DNA of 64,000 bases from Candidatus Latescibacterota bacterium (GCA_965242865.1 CBDETK010000013.1:5504001-5568000), one strand, 5' to 3'; positions 47,102 to 57,613 are shown, counted from the stretch's first letter. Notes: a model not told the origin generated them from the sequence alone. Numbers and translations are program-made.

Positions 47102-49620
47102 TGGCGCGGCTGCCGACTGAGTTGCTCGGCCAGCAATCTGAAGAAATAGGCCGACGAGCTATCCGCGGGATTCGCCTGCAGGGCGCGCTGATAAGCCCTT
47201 GCTGCGGCCCGGTCGCGGTTTTGCAGCCGCATGATGTCTCCGGTTAGCGCGTGTTCTCCAGCCTTGAAGTACGCCTCCACCTGTTGCCGCACGGGAGCAG
47301 AGGGGGTCGTCAGCAGCGCCAGAGCCGAGGTGCGGTGCGGCGCCAAATCCTCCAATACCTCCCACGAGCCGCTGGCGTAGCCCCGCGGACTGACAAAGCT
47401 GATGTGGGGATGGTCGTCGGTGTTGAGCGGGCCCTCGCCCACATAGCGTCGCAGGGCGCGCTCGTCCAGCACGAGGCTGTTCAAGAGCGCGAACACATCC
47501 CCCAAGTCGATGTTCTCCAAGCTGCGCTGCACCCGCCGCGGCGTCATGTTCTCTCGGAGCCGCTCCCAATCAATCGCCAGCGGCTGCATGGTTCCCACCA
47601 TGATCGAGTAGTTGTTTGAGTGCCACAAGGTGGCGTGGGGAAAGACTCGCTGAAAGGTCCGCACAATGGTCTTGTAGTCGTCGGGAGGCAGGCCGTGAAA
47701 GGGCAGCCACTGCGCCATGATCCCGTCGGCGCTCAGGTGGGCGCGGCACAGCTCGTAAAACTCCTTGGTGTAGAGCACCCAGCTGTCGGCACTCGTCGGA
47801 TGGGTGGCGTCCCCGGTGATGACTTGGTAGGTGTCGCGGCTGGAGCGCAGAAAGTTGCGGCCATCGTCGATCACCAGTTCGACATTCCACGCCGTCGGAT
47901 TCTCCAAGACGTGGTGATTAAATTCGCCAAAGTGCGACCGGGCCGCGTCGATCACCTCCGGCACCAACTCAACGCAGGTGATGCGTCGCGGCTCGTACTG
48001 GGCCGCGGCCCCCAAGGCGATGCCGCCGCCCAAGGAGACGACCAACACCGCTTGCGGGTCGGGATGCAGGAGCAGGGGCAGATGGCCCAGCAGGCGGAAA
48101 ATTTGCAGGGAGCTGTAATCGGTCGGCACCTGCCCGCCTCCATTGAGGGCCATTTTGCGGAAGCCATCGGTTTGTCGCTCAACCGTGATGACGCCTTCGG
48201 CCCCCTCTTGGTAAAACACCAACTCTCGGTTGGCGGCCGCTGGCTCGGCAATGCGCCGCAGCACATCCGAGGGGACTAAGACCAGCAGCAGGGCCAAACC
48301 GGCCGCCCCACTCCAGACCCGCCACTGGCGTTGCTGGCTAACTAGGGCGACGGTTAGGCCCACCAAGCCATTCAGCCCCGCCAAGACCTTGACGCTCCAC
48401 TCGGTCCCCAGCAGCGGAATCAGCACAAACCCCGTCGCAAAGGCCCCCCCAACCGCGCCCAAGCTGTTGACCGCACCTATATCCCCGATGCCGCGCCCTA
48501 GACTCGTTAGGTGTCGCGTGTAGATTTGGCCGACCAGCGGAAAGATACCCCCCATCGCCAAGGTCGGCGGCAACATGATGGCAACGGCCGTAAAAAACAC
48601 CCCGGCCCTCGACACCCACCACGAGTCCGCCCGCTGGATCGGCTCCACGAGCGCGGGTACATGGGCAAAGGCCAACACGGACAGGGCGCCGCACGCGCCG
48701 ATCAAAAACTGGCCCCAGACAAAGAGCGACAGCAGGTTGACCGGCCGCGTAAGCAGCCGACTGCCCAGCCATCCTCCCGCGGCCAGTCCACTCAAAAAGG
48801 CCACCAAGACGATGCTGAACTCGTAGTGCGAATTAAAGGAAAAGCTCACCATCAAGAGCCGCATCCACGCCACTTCGTAGCCGAGCGCGGCAAAACCGGA
48901 GAGCGCGAAGCCGGCCAATACGCCCCACAGGACGCGGTTGGAGTGCGCGGTCTTTTTTACCGCCTCCTCAACGCCGACAGCTCGTTGGCTCCCCCACAGC
49001 CAAGCCGCGACCGCCACCGAGAAATTGACCGCGGCGATGGCTTGGGTCGTTCCCCGCAGCCCCAGCCCTTCCATCAGGCCGAAGGTCGCGGCCAACACGC
49101 CGACGACCGCCCCTAGCGTGTTGACCGCATAGAGTTGCCCGACCCGACCGCCCACCCGGCCCAGCCGCCGCACCGCAAATTTGGCCGCGACCGGCAGGGT
49201 CCCCCCCATCAGGGCCGTGGGGATCAAGAGCAGGGCAAAGCACAGGCCGAAGCGGGCCAAGGAAAAGAGATAGAAGTTCCCCTGTAACCCCACCAAAGCT
49301 CCGTAGGCAGTGCCCAAGTTCGCACTCATGCTGGGAAAGAGCAGGGCAAAGAGACCAATGCCGACTTCTAGCGCGGCAAAAACCCGCAGCGGGTGCTTGC
49401 AGCGGTCAATGCGCCGCCCCAACACATAGCTGCCCAAGGCCAGCCCCGCCATGAAGGCGCTGAGCACGGTGCTAGTCGCCAGTAGGGTGGTGCCGAAGAC
49501 GACGGTCAGCATCCGCGCCCACACGACCTGATAGACTAAACTGCTAACCCCCGAAAAAAAGAACAGGACCAAGAGGACCTTTTGTTCAGACCGCTCCAAG
49601 TCCCGGTCGCGTTCTTCCAC
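47098..49620 (-). CDS. Fused MFS-like membrane domain and spermidine synthase-like SAM-binding domain with terminal TPR
   Basis: FFFSG..SLVYQVVW.R, LMGGTLP, LYAVNTLG, LGGG, VELVPEV, DDGR and NTDDHP motifs; start approximate. Confidence 0.82.
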   Translation of the reverse strand: MEERDRDLERSEQKVLLVLFFFSGVSSLVYQVVWARMLTVVFGTTLLATSTVLSAFMAGLALGSYVLGRRIDRCKHPLRVFAALEVGIGLFALLFPSMSANLGTAYGALVGLQGNFYLFSLARFGLCFALLLIPTALMGGTLPVAAKFAVRRLGRVGGRVGQLYAVNTLGAVVGVLAATFGLMEGLGLRGTTQAIAAVNFSVAVAAWLWGSQRAVGVEEAVKKTAHSNRVLWGVLAGFALSGFAALGYEVAWMRLLMVSFSFNSHYEFSIVLVAFLSGLAAGGWLGSRLLTRPVNLLSLFVWGQFLIGACGALSVLAFAHVPALVEPIQRADSWWVSRAGVFFTAVAIMLPPTLAMGGIFPLVGQIYTRHLTSLGRGIGDIGAVNSLGAVGGAFATGFVLIPLLGTEWSVKVLAGLNGLVGLTVALVSQQRQWRVWSGAAGLALLLVLVPSDVLRRIAEPAAANRELVFYQEGAEGVITVERQTDGFRKMALNGGGQVPTDYSSLQIFRLLGHLPLLLHPDPQAVLVVSLGGGIALGAAAQYEPRRITCVELVPEVIDAARSHFGEFNHHVLENPTAWNVELVIDDGRNFLRSSRDTYQVITGDATHPTSADSWVLYTKEFYELCRAHLSADGIMAQWLPFHGLPPDDYKTIVRTFQRVFPHATLWHSNNYSIMVGTMQPLAIDWERLRENMTPRRVQRSLENIDLGDVFALLNSLVLDERALRRYVGEGPLNTDDHPHISFVSPRGYASGSWEVLEDLAPHRTSALALLTTPSAPVRQQVEAYFKAGEHALTGDIMRLQNRDRAAARAYQRALQANPADSSSAYFFRLLAEQLSRQPRQ

Positions 49621-49681
49621 GCTGAATGCTCTGGTTAGTGGTTGGTGGTTAGTGGCCTTACTGCTTGTTCCCGTTGCGCCT

Positions 49682-49733
49682 GGGATCGAGGGCGTCCCGC
49701 CCTCGACGAGGGCAAGATGCCCTCGATCCCGGG
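49682..49733. repeat. Palindromic REP-like element
   Basis: GGGATCGAGGGCGTCCCGCCCTCG-A-CGAGGGCAAGATGCCCTCGATCCC; same family as 42767. Confidence 0.85.
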
Positions 49734-49742
49734 AGGCTCTAA

Positions 49743-49876
49743 GAAGCGTTCTTAAAACTAGGGTTTCGGTCTCTGATTCGGCTTGGTCCTTTGCTGGATT
49801 CCCGCTTGCGCGGGAATGACCGTACGAGTCGTCATGCAAGACTAGCCAAAAGCAACATGAGTTTTAAGAACGCTTC
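49743..49876. mobile_element. MITE family B (134 bp) with 17-bp TIRs and TAA target duplication
   Basis: TAA|GAAGCGTTCTTAAAACT...AGTTTTAAGAACGCTTC|TAA; internal ATTCCC-N8-GGGAAT hairpin. Confidence 0.85.
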
Positions 49877-51828
49877 TAAGGTTCCTCGGCGGTGAGTCGC
49901 TGGTTGGTCTGGATCGGGCCGTCCCAGGTCTGCACCTGACCCGAGGGCCAGCGCACCGTTAGGCGATCCACCGCCGTCGCCGTCCCCAAGCCAAAGTAGA
50001 GTCCCCAAGCACTCTGCGACAGATACCCGGACTGCCCATCCTGCACTTGGGTATATACCTGATCCCCGGCTCGTACTGCGACCACTGCGCCCAACCCATC
50101 TCGGTTCGACGATTTCCCCACCAGCACCACTTCCAAGTAGCGCAACTCCGTCTGCCGCTGACTTAGGTCGCTGAGCAAGACCTGCGGCACGCCATTGAAC
50201 TCGTTGGTCACAATGTCGAGATCGCCATCGCCCTCCACGTCGAACAGCGCGGACGAGCGCGTCCCCAAAGCGCCGTACACCAGCAAGCCGCCCTGTTGGC
50301 CCTCGCAGTTTTTGTGCTCCCGATCCGCCCCATCGCAGTCGAGGGCGAACCACGGCTGCGCGGTCCGACCGTGGCGGCGCGGCTCCACCCCTAAGACGAA
50401 CTCGCTGTCGAGGAAACCGCGCCCTCGGTCGTTGAGCAAGACGGTGTTGATGCCGTAGCGAAAGGGGTAATTCATGCTCGCCGCCACGAACACATCCTGC
50501 CAGCCATCGGCGTTGAGATCGCCGCTGCTCACCCCCCACGGCCAATAATTCTCCGCGCCGATTAGGTCGGAGATTTCTTCAAACCGCCCCTCGCCTATAT
50601 GGTGGTAAAAGGCGTTGCCGAAGATGCTCTGCCCGTCGCTCCGCAAAAAATCTTCTGGATACTGCATGTACGCCTTGAGCTTTTCGTCCCAAGGCCCGAC
50701 CGGCTGACTCATGTCGGAGTGCATGTCCGAGATGAAGAGATCCAGCCGGCTGTCGTTGTCGTAGTCGAGGGCCTTGATCCCCATCGCTCCCCACGGCGTT
50801 TTGGGGAACAGCACCCGGCTCTTTTTAATGAAATGCTGCCCGGCCGCGTTTTCGTAGTAGGCGTCGTGCCCCTGCATGTTGAGCACGTAGAGGTCCTGCC
50901 AGCCGTCGCCGTTGAAATCCACCGGACTGGCGTCGCCCGACCAGCTCGAATCCAACAACCCCACTTGGCGGGAGACCTCGGCGAACACCCGCTGCCCCAG
51001 ATTTTTGAACAACGCGCTCTGCTCGGCGCGCTCGGGCTTCAAATGCCCAGAGAAGGCATCCTTGAAACCTCGGTAGTACTGATAGGTCGCCCCCTCCTCC
51101 AGCCGCGTGGGATCGACCGCGGCCGTCCGCTTTTCGTCTTGGGTGTAGATTCCCACATTGGTCACAAACAGGTCTAGCAACCCATCGTTATCGTAGTCGA
51201 AGAACTCACCGGACGACGAGTGCGCCTGCCAGCCCGTGCCCGAATGCTCGGTTGCGTCCTCAAAGCGGCCAGCCCCGTCGTTGACCAAGAGCCGATTGCC
51301 CAACCGCACCGCGGTCGCGTACAGATCGATGTCGCCGTCGTTGTCAATGTCGCCAAACGACGCGCTGACCCCGATCCGGTCGGCCAGCTCCAGACTCGAC
51401 GTAGTGTGGTTTGCAAACCGCGCTCCCCCGAGATTGCGCCACAACTGATTGCTGCCCACTTGGGTCGTAAAGTAGAGGTCGTAGCGTCCATCGCCATCCA
51501 CGTCCCCCACCGCCAGCCCATTGCCGTGGTCGTAGTGGACCGGGATGTGGTCCTTGCCCGAATCCGCCACCACCCGATTGCGAAACGCAATGCCGCTGGC
51601 TGCGAGTTGGTCGGTAAAGGAGAAATCGCAAAAGACCGCGTAGGCTTGGGCGGCCTCCAACTGGGCTTGCTGGCGACGCGCCAACCAAGGAGGCTCGACG
51701 ATGGCGGCCGGCTCGGGAAAGGGCTTGAGCAGGGTTGCCGACCGGTCGGATTCAGCGCGGGCAATGGTTGAGGGAGCGAGCGCGAGAATGCACAGCGCAG
51801 TGAGAAAAGCCGCCTGACAATTGGACAT
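49876..51828 (-). CDS. CRTAC1-family FG-GAP repeat protein with ASPIC/UnbV domain
   Basis: Signal peptide from ATG 51828; GDVDGDG and DYDNDG repeats; YFGLG..WPSG. Confidence 0.88.
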   Translation of the reverse strand: MSNCQAAFLTALCILALAPSTIARAESDRSATLLKPFPEPAAIVEPPWLARRQQAQLEAAQAYAVFCDFSFTDQLAASGIAFRNRVVADSGKDHIPVHYDHGNGLAVGDVDGDGRYDLYFTTQVGSNQLWRNLGGARFANHTTSSLELADRIGVSASFGDIDNDGDIDLYATAVRLGNRLLVNDGAGRFEDATEHSGTGWQAHSSSGEFFDYDNDGLLDLFVTNVGIYTQDEKRTAAVDPTRLEEGATYQYYRGFKDAFSGHLKPERAEQSALFKNLGQRVFAEVSRQVGLLDSSWSGDASPVDFNGDGWQDLYVLNMQGHDAYYENAAGQHFIKKSRVLFPKTPWGAMGIKALDYDNDSRLDLFISDMHSDMSQPVGPWDEKLKAYMQYPEDFLRSDGQSIFGNAFYHHIGEGRFEEISDLIGAENYWPWGVSSGDLNADGWQDVFVAASMNYPFRYGINTVLLNDRGRGFLDSEFVLGVEPRRHGRTAQPWFALDCDGADREHKNCEGQQGGLLVYGALGTRSSALFDVEGDGDLDIVTNEFNGVPQVLLSDLSQRQTELRYLEVVLVGKSSNRDGLGAVVAVRAGDQVYTQVQDGQSGYLSQSAWGLYFGLGTATAVDRLTVRWPSGQVQTWDGPIQTNQRLTAEEP

Positions 51829-51967
51829 GTTATCGCAATCTCGTGAGAAGGGCGTCAAGAAAGCGGCATTTACCCGCTCTGTCAAGAGAGTGCGCCTTGC
51901 CGCCCCGTCGGCGCGTTGGATATTATGGAACGCTCGCAAAGCCAATGTCCCGAAGCCTTCACACGCC

Positions 51968-54505
51968 ATGGTCCGCCCTCGTCTTCTCCTGCTGCTCCTG
52001 CTGGTTCCGCTGCCCGCGACTGCCCAATACGAAGTGACCATAGAAGGCAAAGCCTACCAACTCGTGCTCGCCCGCGATCTCGTCGCGGCCATCCAACGCG
52101 CCCCGGCCGATACCGTCCTCGAATACAATCGCCTCGTGGTGCAGGGGCCGCTCGACTGGACCGGCCACACCCTGAGCGCGGCCCTCGCCTTTGCGGATGT
52201 GCGCTTTACCGGCCCCGTAGTCTTAGAACGCGCCGTTTTTCTCCAGCCGATGCACTTTGTTCGCGCCCATTTTGAGCAGGGGCTCTCCCTGCTTGAAACC
52301 CGCCTCAACCGCGGGTTTTCTTGCCGCGACTGCCGCATAGAGGGCCAAGCCAATTTCAACCGGACCTTGCTCGCCGATACCGTGGATTTTTCGGCCACCC
52401 AGTTTTCGGCTGCGGCCCTTTTTCAGCAGACCCACTTTGGCGGCGCAACCACCTTTGAACGCGCCAAATTTGAGGGCGCGACCTATTTCGACCGGGCCAC
52501 CTTCGCCCGCGCCGCCCTTTTTCGGGATGCTTCCTTTGCCGACTTGGCTTCCTTCAAAGAAGCGGTGTGGCAATCGACCGCGTCCTTTGCCGGGGCTCGC
52601 TTTGGCGCGGACGCCCTGTTCGCGCAAACCCGCTTTGCCAACCCCGCTGCGTTCGCCTCGGCTTACTTTGGCGGCGCAGTTCACTTCGAGCGCGCTGATT
52701 TCGCGGCTGCGGTCACCTTCCGCCGCGCTGTCTTTGGCGGTCCGGCTCGCTTTGGCGGTGCCCACTTTCGCGCCGCAGCGTTCTTTGGCGACAGCCGCTT
52801 CAAGCGGGCGGCCACCTTTGCTGGCGCGACCTTTGCCCGGCCTTTCCAGCCCAGTGCCGACTTTAGCGTCGCCCCGGACTTAGCCGATGTGACCGCTCCG
52901 CTCATCAAGGTCGCAGTCCGCCCGATTCCACCGCTGGCCCCGGCCGCCCCTAGCTGCGACCCGATTCAGTTGGCCGATGTCACCCAAGCGGCCGGCCTCA
53001 ACTTTGAGCACTACAACGGCTTTTCGGGCGAATACTACTACGTCGAAACCTTTGGCGCCGGGGCGGCGTTCCTCGACGCGGATGGCGATGGCTGGCTCGA
53101 TCTCTATCTGGTCAACGGCGCGCCCCTGAGCGGCGAACGCCCCGACCCAATTCCCGTCAATCGCCTGTACCGCAACACGGGGGCCGGCGGTTTCGCGGAT
53201 GTGACCGCGGGCTCGGGGACCGGGCACCCCGGCTACGGCATGGGCTGCACGGCCGGCGACTACGACGCCGATGGGGACGTGGACCTCTACGCGACCAACG
53301 TTGGCCCCAACCTCTTGCTGCGCAACGAGGGCCATGGGCACTTTGCCGATGTGACCGCGGCGGTCGGCGGGGGCGATGCTCGGTGGGGCACCAGTTGCGG
53401 CTTTCTAGACTACGACCTCGACGGCGATTTGGATCTCTACGCGACGAACTACGTAGAATTTGACCGGCAAAAAAACAGGGTCTGCGCTGAGGGCGGAATC
53501 CGCTCCTATTGCGAGCCAAAATTTTACGAGCCGGTCCGCGATGTGCTCTACCGCAACGAGGGCGGCCAATTCCGCGATGTGGCGTCCGCGGCGGGAATCA
53601 CCCACGAGGGGCGCGGCTTGGGCGTGGCGTTCTCGGATTACGATCTCGACGGCGACACCGACCTGTACGTGGCCAACGACGGCACCATGAATTTCCTCTA
53701 CCAAAACCAAGGAGGGCGCTTTGCCGAGGTCGGCCTCTACGCCGGCGGACGCTACAACGAGGACGGCTTGGCCGAAGCCGGCATGGGGGTAGAGTTTGGG
53801 GATTGGGACAACGACGGCTTCCAAGATATTTTCGTAACCAACTTCGCCCACGAGACCAATACCCTGTACGGCAACGATGGGCAGGGGCAATTCTACGACA
53901 TCACCCAACGCGCCGGCCTAGCCGAGTGCAGCTACAAACCGCTGGGCTTTGGCACCAATTTCCTCGACTACGACAACGACGGCGACCTCGACCTCTTTGT
54001 CGCCAACGGCCACGTCATGGACAAAATCGCTCAGGTCCACCCGGACCACGCTTACCCGCAGCCCAATCAGGTGCTGTGCAACCAGCGGGGAATCCGCTTT
54101 GCCGAGGTCGCTGCTGGGGGCCTTCCCGCGCTCGCGGCCGCAGCCGTAAGCCGCGCTTCGGCCACGGCCGATTACGACAACGACGGCGACCTCGACCTGC
54201 TGGTGACCAATGTCGCTGCTGTCCCCAACCTCCTGCGCAACGACCGAGGCAACCGCCAGCACTATCTGACGATTCACTTGGAAGCTCTCGGAACCCGCGT
54301 CGCGGTGACAGCCGGTGGGCAGTGCCAAGTCAAGGAATACCAGTCGGGCGGTAGCTATCTTGCGAGCAGCGACCCTCGGCTCCACTTTGGCCTAGGAGCG
54401 GCCACCTCGGCCACGGTCCAAATTCACTGGCCCGACGGCACGGTGCAGATCATGGAAAAAGTGGCGGCCAATCAGATCATCTCCATAATTCAATCCAAAC
54501 CCTGA
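51968..54505 (+). CDS. Pentapeptide-repeat domain fused to CRTAC1/ASPIC-UnbV
   Basis: Signal peptide; (A)xFxxAxF repeats; FG-GAP repeats; LHFGLG...WPDG. Confidence 0.85.
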   Translation: MVRPRLLLLLLLVPLPATAQYEVTIEGKAYQLVLARDLVAAIQRAPADTVLEYNRLVVQGPLDWTGHTLSAALAFADVRFTGPVVLERAVFLQPMHFVRAHFEQGLSLLETRLNRGFSCRDCRIEGQANFNRTLLADTVDFSATQFSAAALFQQTHFGGATTFERAKFEGATYFDRATFARAALFRDASFADLASFKEAVWQSTASFAGARFGADALFAQTRFANPAAFASAYFGGAVHFERADFAAAVTFRRAVFGGPARFGGAHFRAAAFFGDSRFKRAATFAGATFARPFQPSADFSVAPDLADVTAPLIKVAVRPIPPLAPAAPSCDPIQLADVTQAAGLNFEHYNGFSGEYYYVETFGAGAAFLDADGDGWLDLYLVNGAPLSGERPDPIPVNRLYRNTGAGGFADVTAGSGTGHPGYGMGCTAGDYDADGDVDLYATNVGPNLLLRNEGHGHFADVTAAVGGGDARWGTSCGFLDYDLDGDLDLYATNYVEFDRQKNRVCAEGGIRSYCEPKFYEPVRDVLYRNEGGQFRDVASAAGITHEGRGLGVAFSDYDLDGDTDLYVANDGTMNFLYQNQGGRFAEVGLYAGGRYNEDGLAEAGMGVEFGDWDNDGFQDIFVTNFAHETNTLYGNDGQGQFYDITQRAGLAECSYKPLGFGTNFLDYDNDGDLDLFVANGHVMDKIAQVHPDHAYPQPNQVLCNQRGIRFAEVAAGGLPALAAAAVSRASATADYDNDGDLDLLVTNVAAVPNLLRNDRGNRQHYLTIHLEALGTRVAVTAGGQCQVKEYQSGGSYLASSDPRLHFGLGAATSATVQIHWPDGTVQIMEKVAANQIISIIQSKP

Positions 54506-54520
54506 TCCAAGGAGTTGCCG

Positions 54521-56494
54521 ATGATCACCAACTCCCCCGTACTCGGGCTCTTCGCCGCCCTGCTAATGCTGGGCGCGGCCTGTTCCCCAAGCCCGGATGA
54601 CGACGCCTTAGAAAAGCACCTTCGCCTCACCCGCCAAAACCCCACCGCGCCCCCTGCGTACTACAACTTGGCCGTAGCCTATACGCAAGCCGGTCGCTAC
54701 GACGAAGCCCAGCGCAATTACGCCAAAGCACTCGACCTCGATCCAAACTATGCCCTAGCCCACGATGGCTTGGGGCTTTTGGCGCAACGGCGCGGGGCCT
54801 TAGAAGAGGCCGCGGCCCACTTTCAAAAGGCCCTTGACCTCGACTCCACCTTGGCCTCGACGAGCAATAATCTGGGCAACATCCACTACCAGAAAGACTC
54901 TTTAGAAAAAGCGGTCGCGGCGTATCGAGCGGCCGTGCGCCAAGCACCCGAGCACATTGCGTTCTACATCAATCTCGCCCGCGCTTTACGAGATCGACGC
55001 GAACTGGACCAAGCGGAGGCAGTCTTGTTGCAGGCCGTTGACCGCGACCCATTTTCTCGGGAAGGCCATGCGGCTTTGGGCCATCTGTACGCGGAAAGTT
55101 TTCGCATTGAAGCCGCGATAGCCGCTTACGGCGAGGCTCTCCGCATCGCGCCGAGTGCCGACCTCCACATCCGCTTGGGAGATGTCTATACCCGCGTCAA
55201 AAAACTGGACGAGGCGATCCGCGAGTACGAAAGCGCCTTGGAATTGGATCAAGACAACGCCGAAGCTCGCTACAAGCTGGGGGCGATCTACGCCAGCTAT
55301 CAGCGCGTCCCCGAAGCCGTGGCGTGGGCCGAAAAAGCCGTCGCCCTCGATCCGACCCAGACAGCGGCCCTACAACTCTTGGCGCGGCTATACGCCAACC
55401 AAGGCTCGTACGACCAAGCCGAAAAAGCCCTGCTGCAAGCCATTGAGGCCGCTCCCAACGCGATGGAAGCCCGCAGCGAACTGGGGGCGCTCTACATCCG
55501 CCAAGCCCAGTACCAAAAGGCCGAAGCCATCTTAAAAGAAGCTGTGGCCCTGGATCCGCAGCACGGCGAATCGCGGCGGCAGTTGGGCCTGCTCTATGGC
55601 GACTTGAATCGCCCCGCGGAAGCGGCCCAGATGCTGCGCCAAGTGCTCGAAATCGATCCCATGCACCCGGAAGCTCACTACAACTTAGCCAACGTCTTGC
55701 TCGCGCTGGGCCAAGCGACCGAGGCCGAGCGCCTGCAAAACCGCTTTGAACGCCTCGTGCGCCTCCACAACCACATCGACCAGTTGCAGCAGATGCTAGC
55801 CGCTACCCCGGCCAACGCCGAAGCCCGCTGGCGTCTGGCACGTGCTTACCTCATGCTCCAGCAGTGGGAAAAAGCCGAAGCCCAGTACCGCTTTCTGCTC
55901 TCCAGCGCGCCGACCCATTTGGAGGCGCGTCTCCAGTTAAGCGGCCTCTACGCCCAGCGCGGCAAATTCGCCAGTGCGCTGCGGGTGTGCCAAGAGGCCC
56001 TAGCGCACAGCCCCCCGGACTCGGCCCTCTATAAAATCTACTTCGCGCTCGGTCATCTCTATCACGCCGAGGGCCGCATTGAGGAGGCCGAAGACGCCTT
56101 AGAGCGCACCTTGGCACTCGCGCCTACCCACGCCCAAGCCTATAACAATCTGGGCAACATCTATCTAGCAAAAGACGAGCTCCAACGGGCGGCTACGGCC
56201 TACCAAAAGGCCCTTGAGGTCGCGCCCGATTTTGCCGAAGCCCACTACAACTTGGGCCGCCTCTACGCCCACCAGAACGCGCCGGCCAAGGCTGCACGCC
56301 AGTACCAAGCCGCCCTGCGGACGGATTCTACCTACGCCAGAGCGCATTACGCCCTGGGCGTTCTCTACCAAGAGGCCGCGCAACCCGGCCGCGCCATCCG
56401 CGCGTACGAGCATTTCCTCGCGCAGTGGCGGGGCGACCCGCGCCTCACCCAATCCGCCCAAGCGGCATTGGCGCGGCTTACCGCTTCCGAGTGA
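54521..56494 (+). CDS. Tetratricopeptide-repeat lipoprotein
   Basis: AGGAG RBS; LGAAC lipobox; many TPR units. Confidence 0.88.
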   Translation: MITNSPVLGLFAALLMLGAACSPSPDDDALEKHLRLTRQNPTAPPAYYNLAVAYTQAGRYDEAQRNYAKALDLDPNYALAHDGLGLLAQRRGALEEAAAHFQKALDLDSTLASTSNNLGNIHYQKDSLEKAVAAYRAAVRQAPEHIAFYINLARALRDRRELDQAEAVLLQAVDRDPFSREGHAALGHLYAESFRIEAAIAAYGEALRIAPSADLHIRLGDVYTRVKKLDEAIREYESALELDQDNAEARYKLGAIYASYQRVPEAVAWAEKAVALDPTQTAALQLLARLYANQGSYDQAEKALLQAIEAAPNAMEARSELGALYIRQAQYQKAEAILKEAVALDPQHGESRRQLGLLYGDLNRPAEAAQMLRQVLEIDPMHPEAHYNLANVLLALGQATEAERLQNRFERLVRLHNHIDQLQQMLAATPANAEARWRLARAYLMLQQWEKAEAQYRFLLSSAPTHLEARLQLSGLYAQRGKFASALRVCQEALAHSPPDSALYKIYFALGHLYHAEGRIEEAEDALERTLALAPTHAQAYNNLGNIYLAKDELQRAATAYQKALEVAPDFAEAHYNLGRLYAHQNAPAKAARQYQAALRTDSTYARAHYALGVLYQEAAQPGRAIRAYEHFLAQWRGDPRLTQSAQAALARLTASE

Positions 56495-56618
56495 GCAGGT
56501 TTTCCGCTTGACCCGTCCCCTTGTATGCCCGAATTTTCGCCCCATGCCCACTTGCGAGCCGGGCCGGACGAGAAAGCGCGGCCTAGCGTTAGCTACCCAA
56601 AAAGAAATGAGGACCGCC

Positions 56619-57389
56619 ATGAAAACAGCCTGCGCCGGTATTTTCCTAGTCGCGCTGCTGGCCACCCAGACCGCAGCGTTTTCGCAAACCGAGTTTCACT
56701 TGCAGTACGGCAACCACAAGAATCCATTCTCGAGAGTCTCCCACGAGACCTTCGTATTTACCGTGCAACAGGCGGCGGCATGGAAATGGGGGGAGAGCTT
56801 CTTCTTTATCGATTACCTCACCGACGATGCCCGCGACGACTTCAACGACCGAGATTTCTATGGCGAGTGGTATCCAACCCTGAGTTTCGGCAAGCTGGCC
56901 AACAGGGAATTGCGCGTCGGCCCCATTCGGGATTTTGCCCTGATTGCCGGGGTCAACCTCGGCGGCGACGCCAATGTCGTGAAGTACCTGCCCGGGTTGC
57001 GGGCCTCTTGGGACCTGCCGGGATTTTTATTCTTGAATACGGACCTGTCGGCCTATATCGACGCCAACACCGGCGTCGCGGCTGGCGGTGCTCCCCAAAC
57101 CGACAACGGCTTCATGGTCGACGTCAGTTGGGCCTTGCCCTTCAAGGTGGGCAATCAGTCGTTGGCCATCGTCGGCCACGCCGAGTACCTCGGTGCCCTC
57201 ACCGACGAATCTGGCAAAACCGTCAAGGGTTCCATGCTCGCTCAGCCGCAGTTCACTTGGGATCTGGGCAAAGCACTCGGCGCCCCCCATCAGCTCATGG
57301 TCGGCATCGAATACCAGTACTGGCTCAACAAGTTGGGAACGGACGAGGACGAGAGCACGGCTCAGTTGCTGCTGGTATGGCGTCTCTGA
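56619..57389 (+). CDS. Tsx-like nucleoside-specific outer-membrane channel
   Basis: Signal peptide; WKWGESFFFID, FYGEWYP.LS, AQPQF and GIEYQYW.NK motifs. Confidence 0.78.
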   Translation: MKTACAGIFLVALLATQTAAFSQTEFHLQYGNHKNPFSRVSHETFVFTVQQAAAWKWGESFFFIDYLTDDARDDFNDRDFYGEWYPTLSFGKLANRELRVGPIRDFALIAGVNLGGDANVVKYLPGLRASWDLPGFLFLNTDLSAYIDANTGVAAGGAPQTDNGFMVDVSWALPFKVGNQSLAIVGHAEYLGALTDESGKTVKGSMLAQPQFTWDLGKALGAPHQLMVGIEYQYWLNKLGTDEDESTAQLLLVWRL

Positions 57390-57466
57390 AGTTTTTCCCT
57401 CTTTGTGCTTTTTATGCCTCTTGTGGCCATCTACTTTGAAGTAGGGCTAAGTTTCCCGGGCAATGA

Positions 57467-57584
57467 TATAGCAGTCCTACATCATTCAAGACTGGATTCC
57501 CGCGTTCGCGGGAATGACGCCTCGTAGCAAAAAAGACGGCGTCGATGAACACTCCATGCTTTCAAGTCATTTAGGACGGCTATA
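57467..57584. mobile_element. MITE family A, second copy
   Basis: TATAGCAGTCCTA...TAGGACGGCTATA; colinear with 43254-43382. Confidence 0.8.
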
Positions 57585-57613
57585 TACCCCGCAACCTGAT
57601 CGAAAGAGACGAA

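Noticed and set aside
49621-49839. N-terminal extension of the spermidine-synthase-like ORF
   Set aside because: Runs through a MITE, a REP palindrome and short heptamer-like repeats; probably non-coding.
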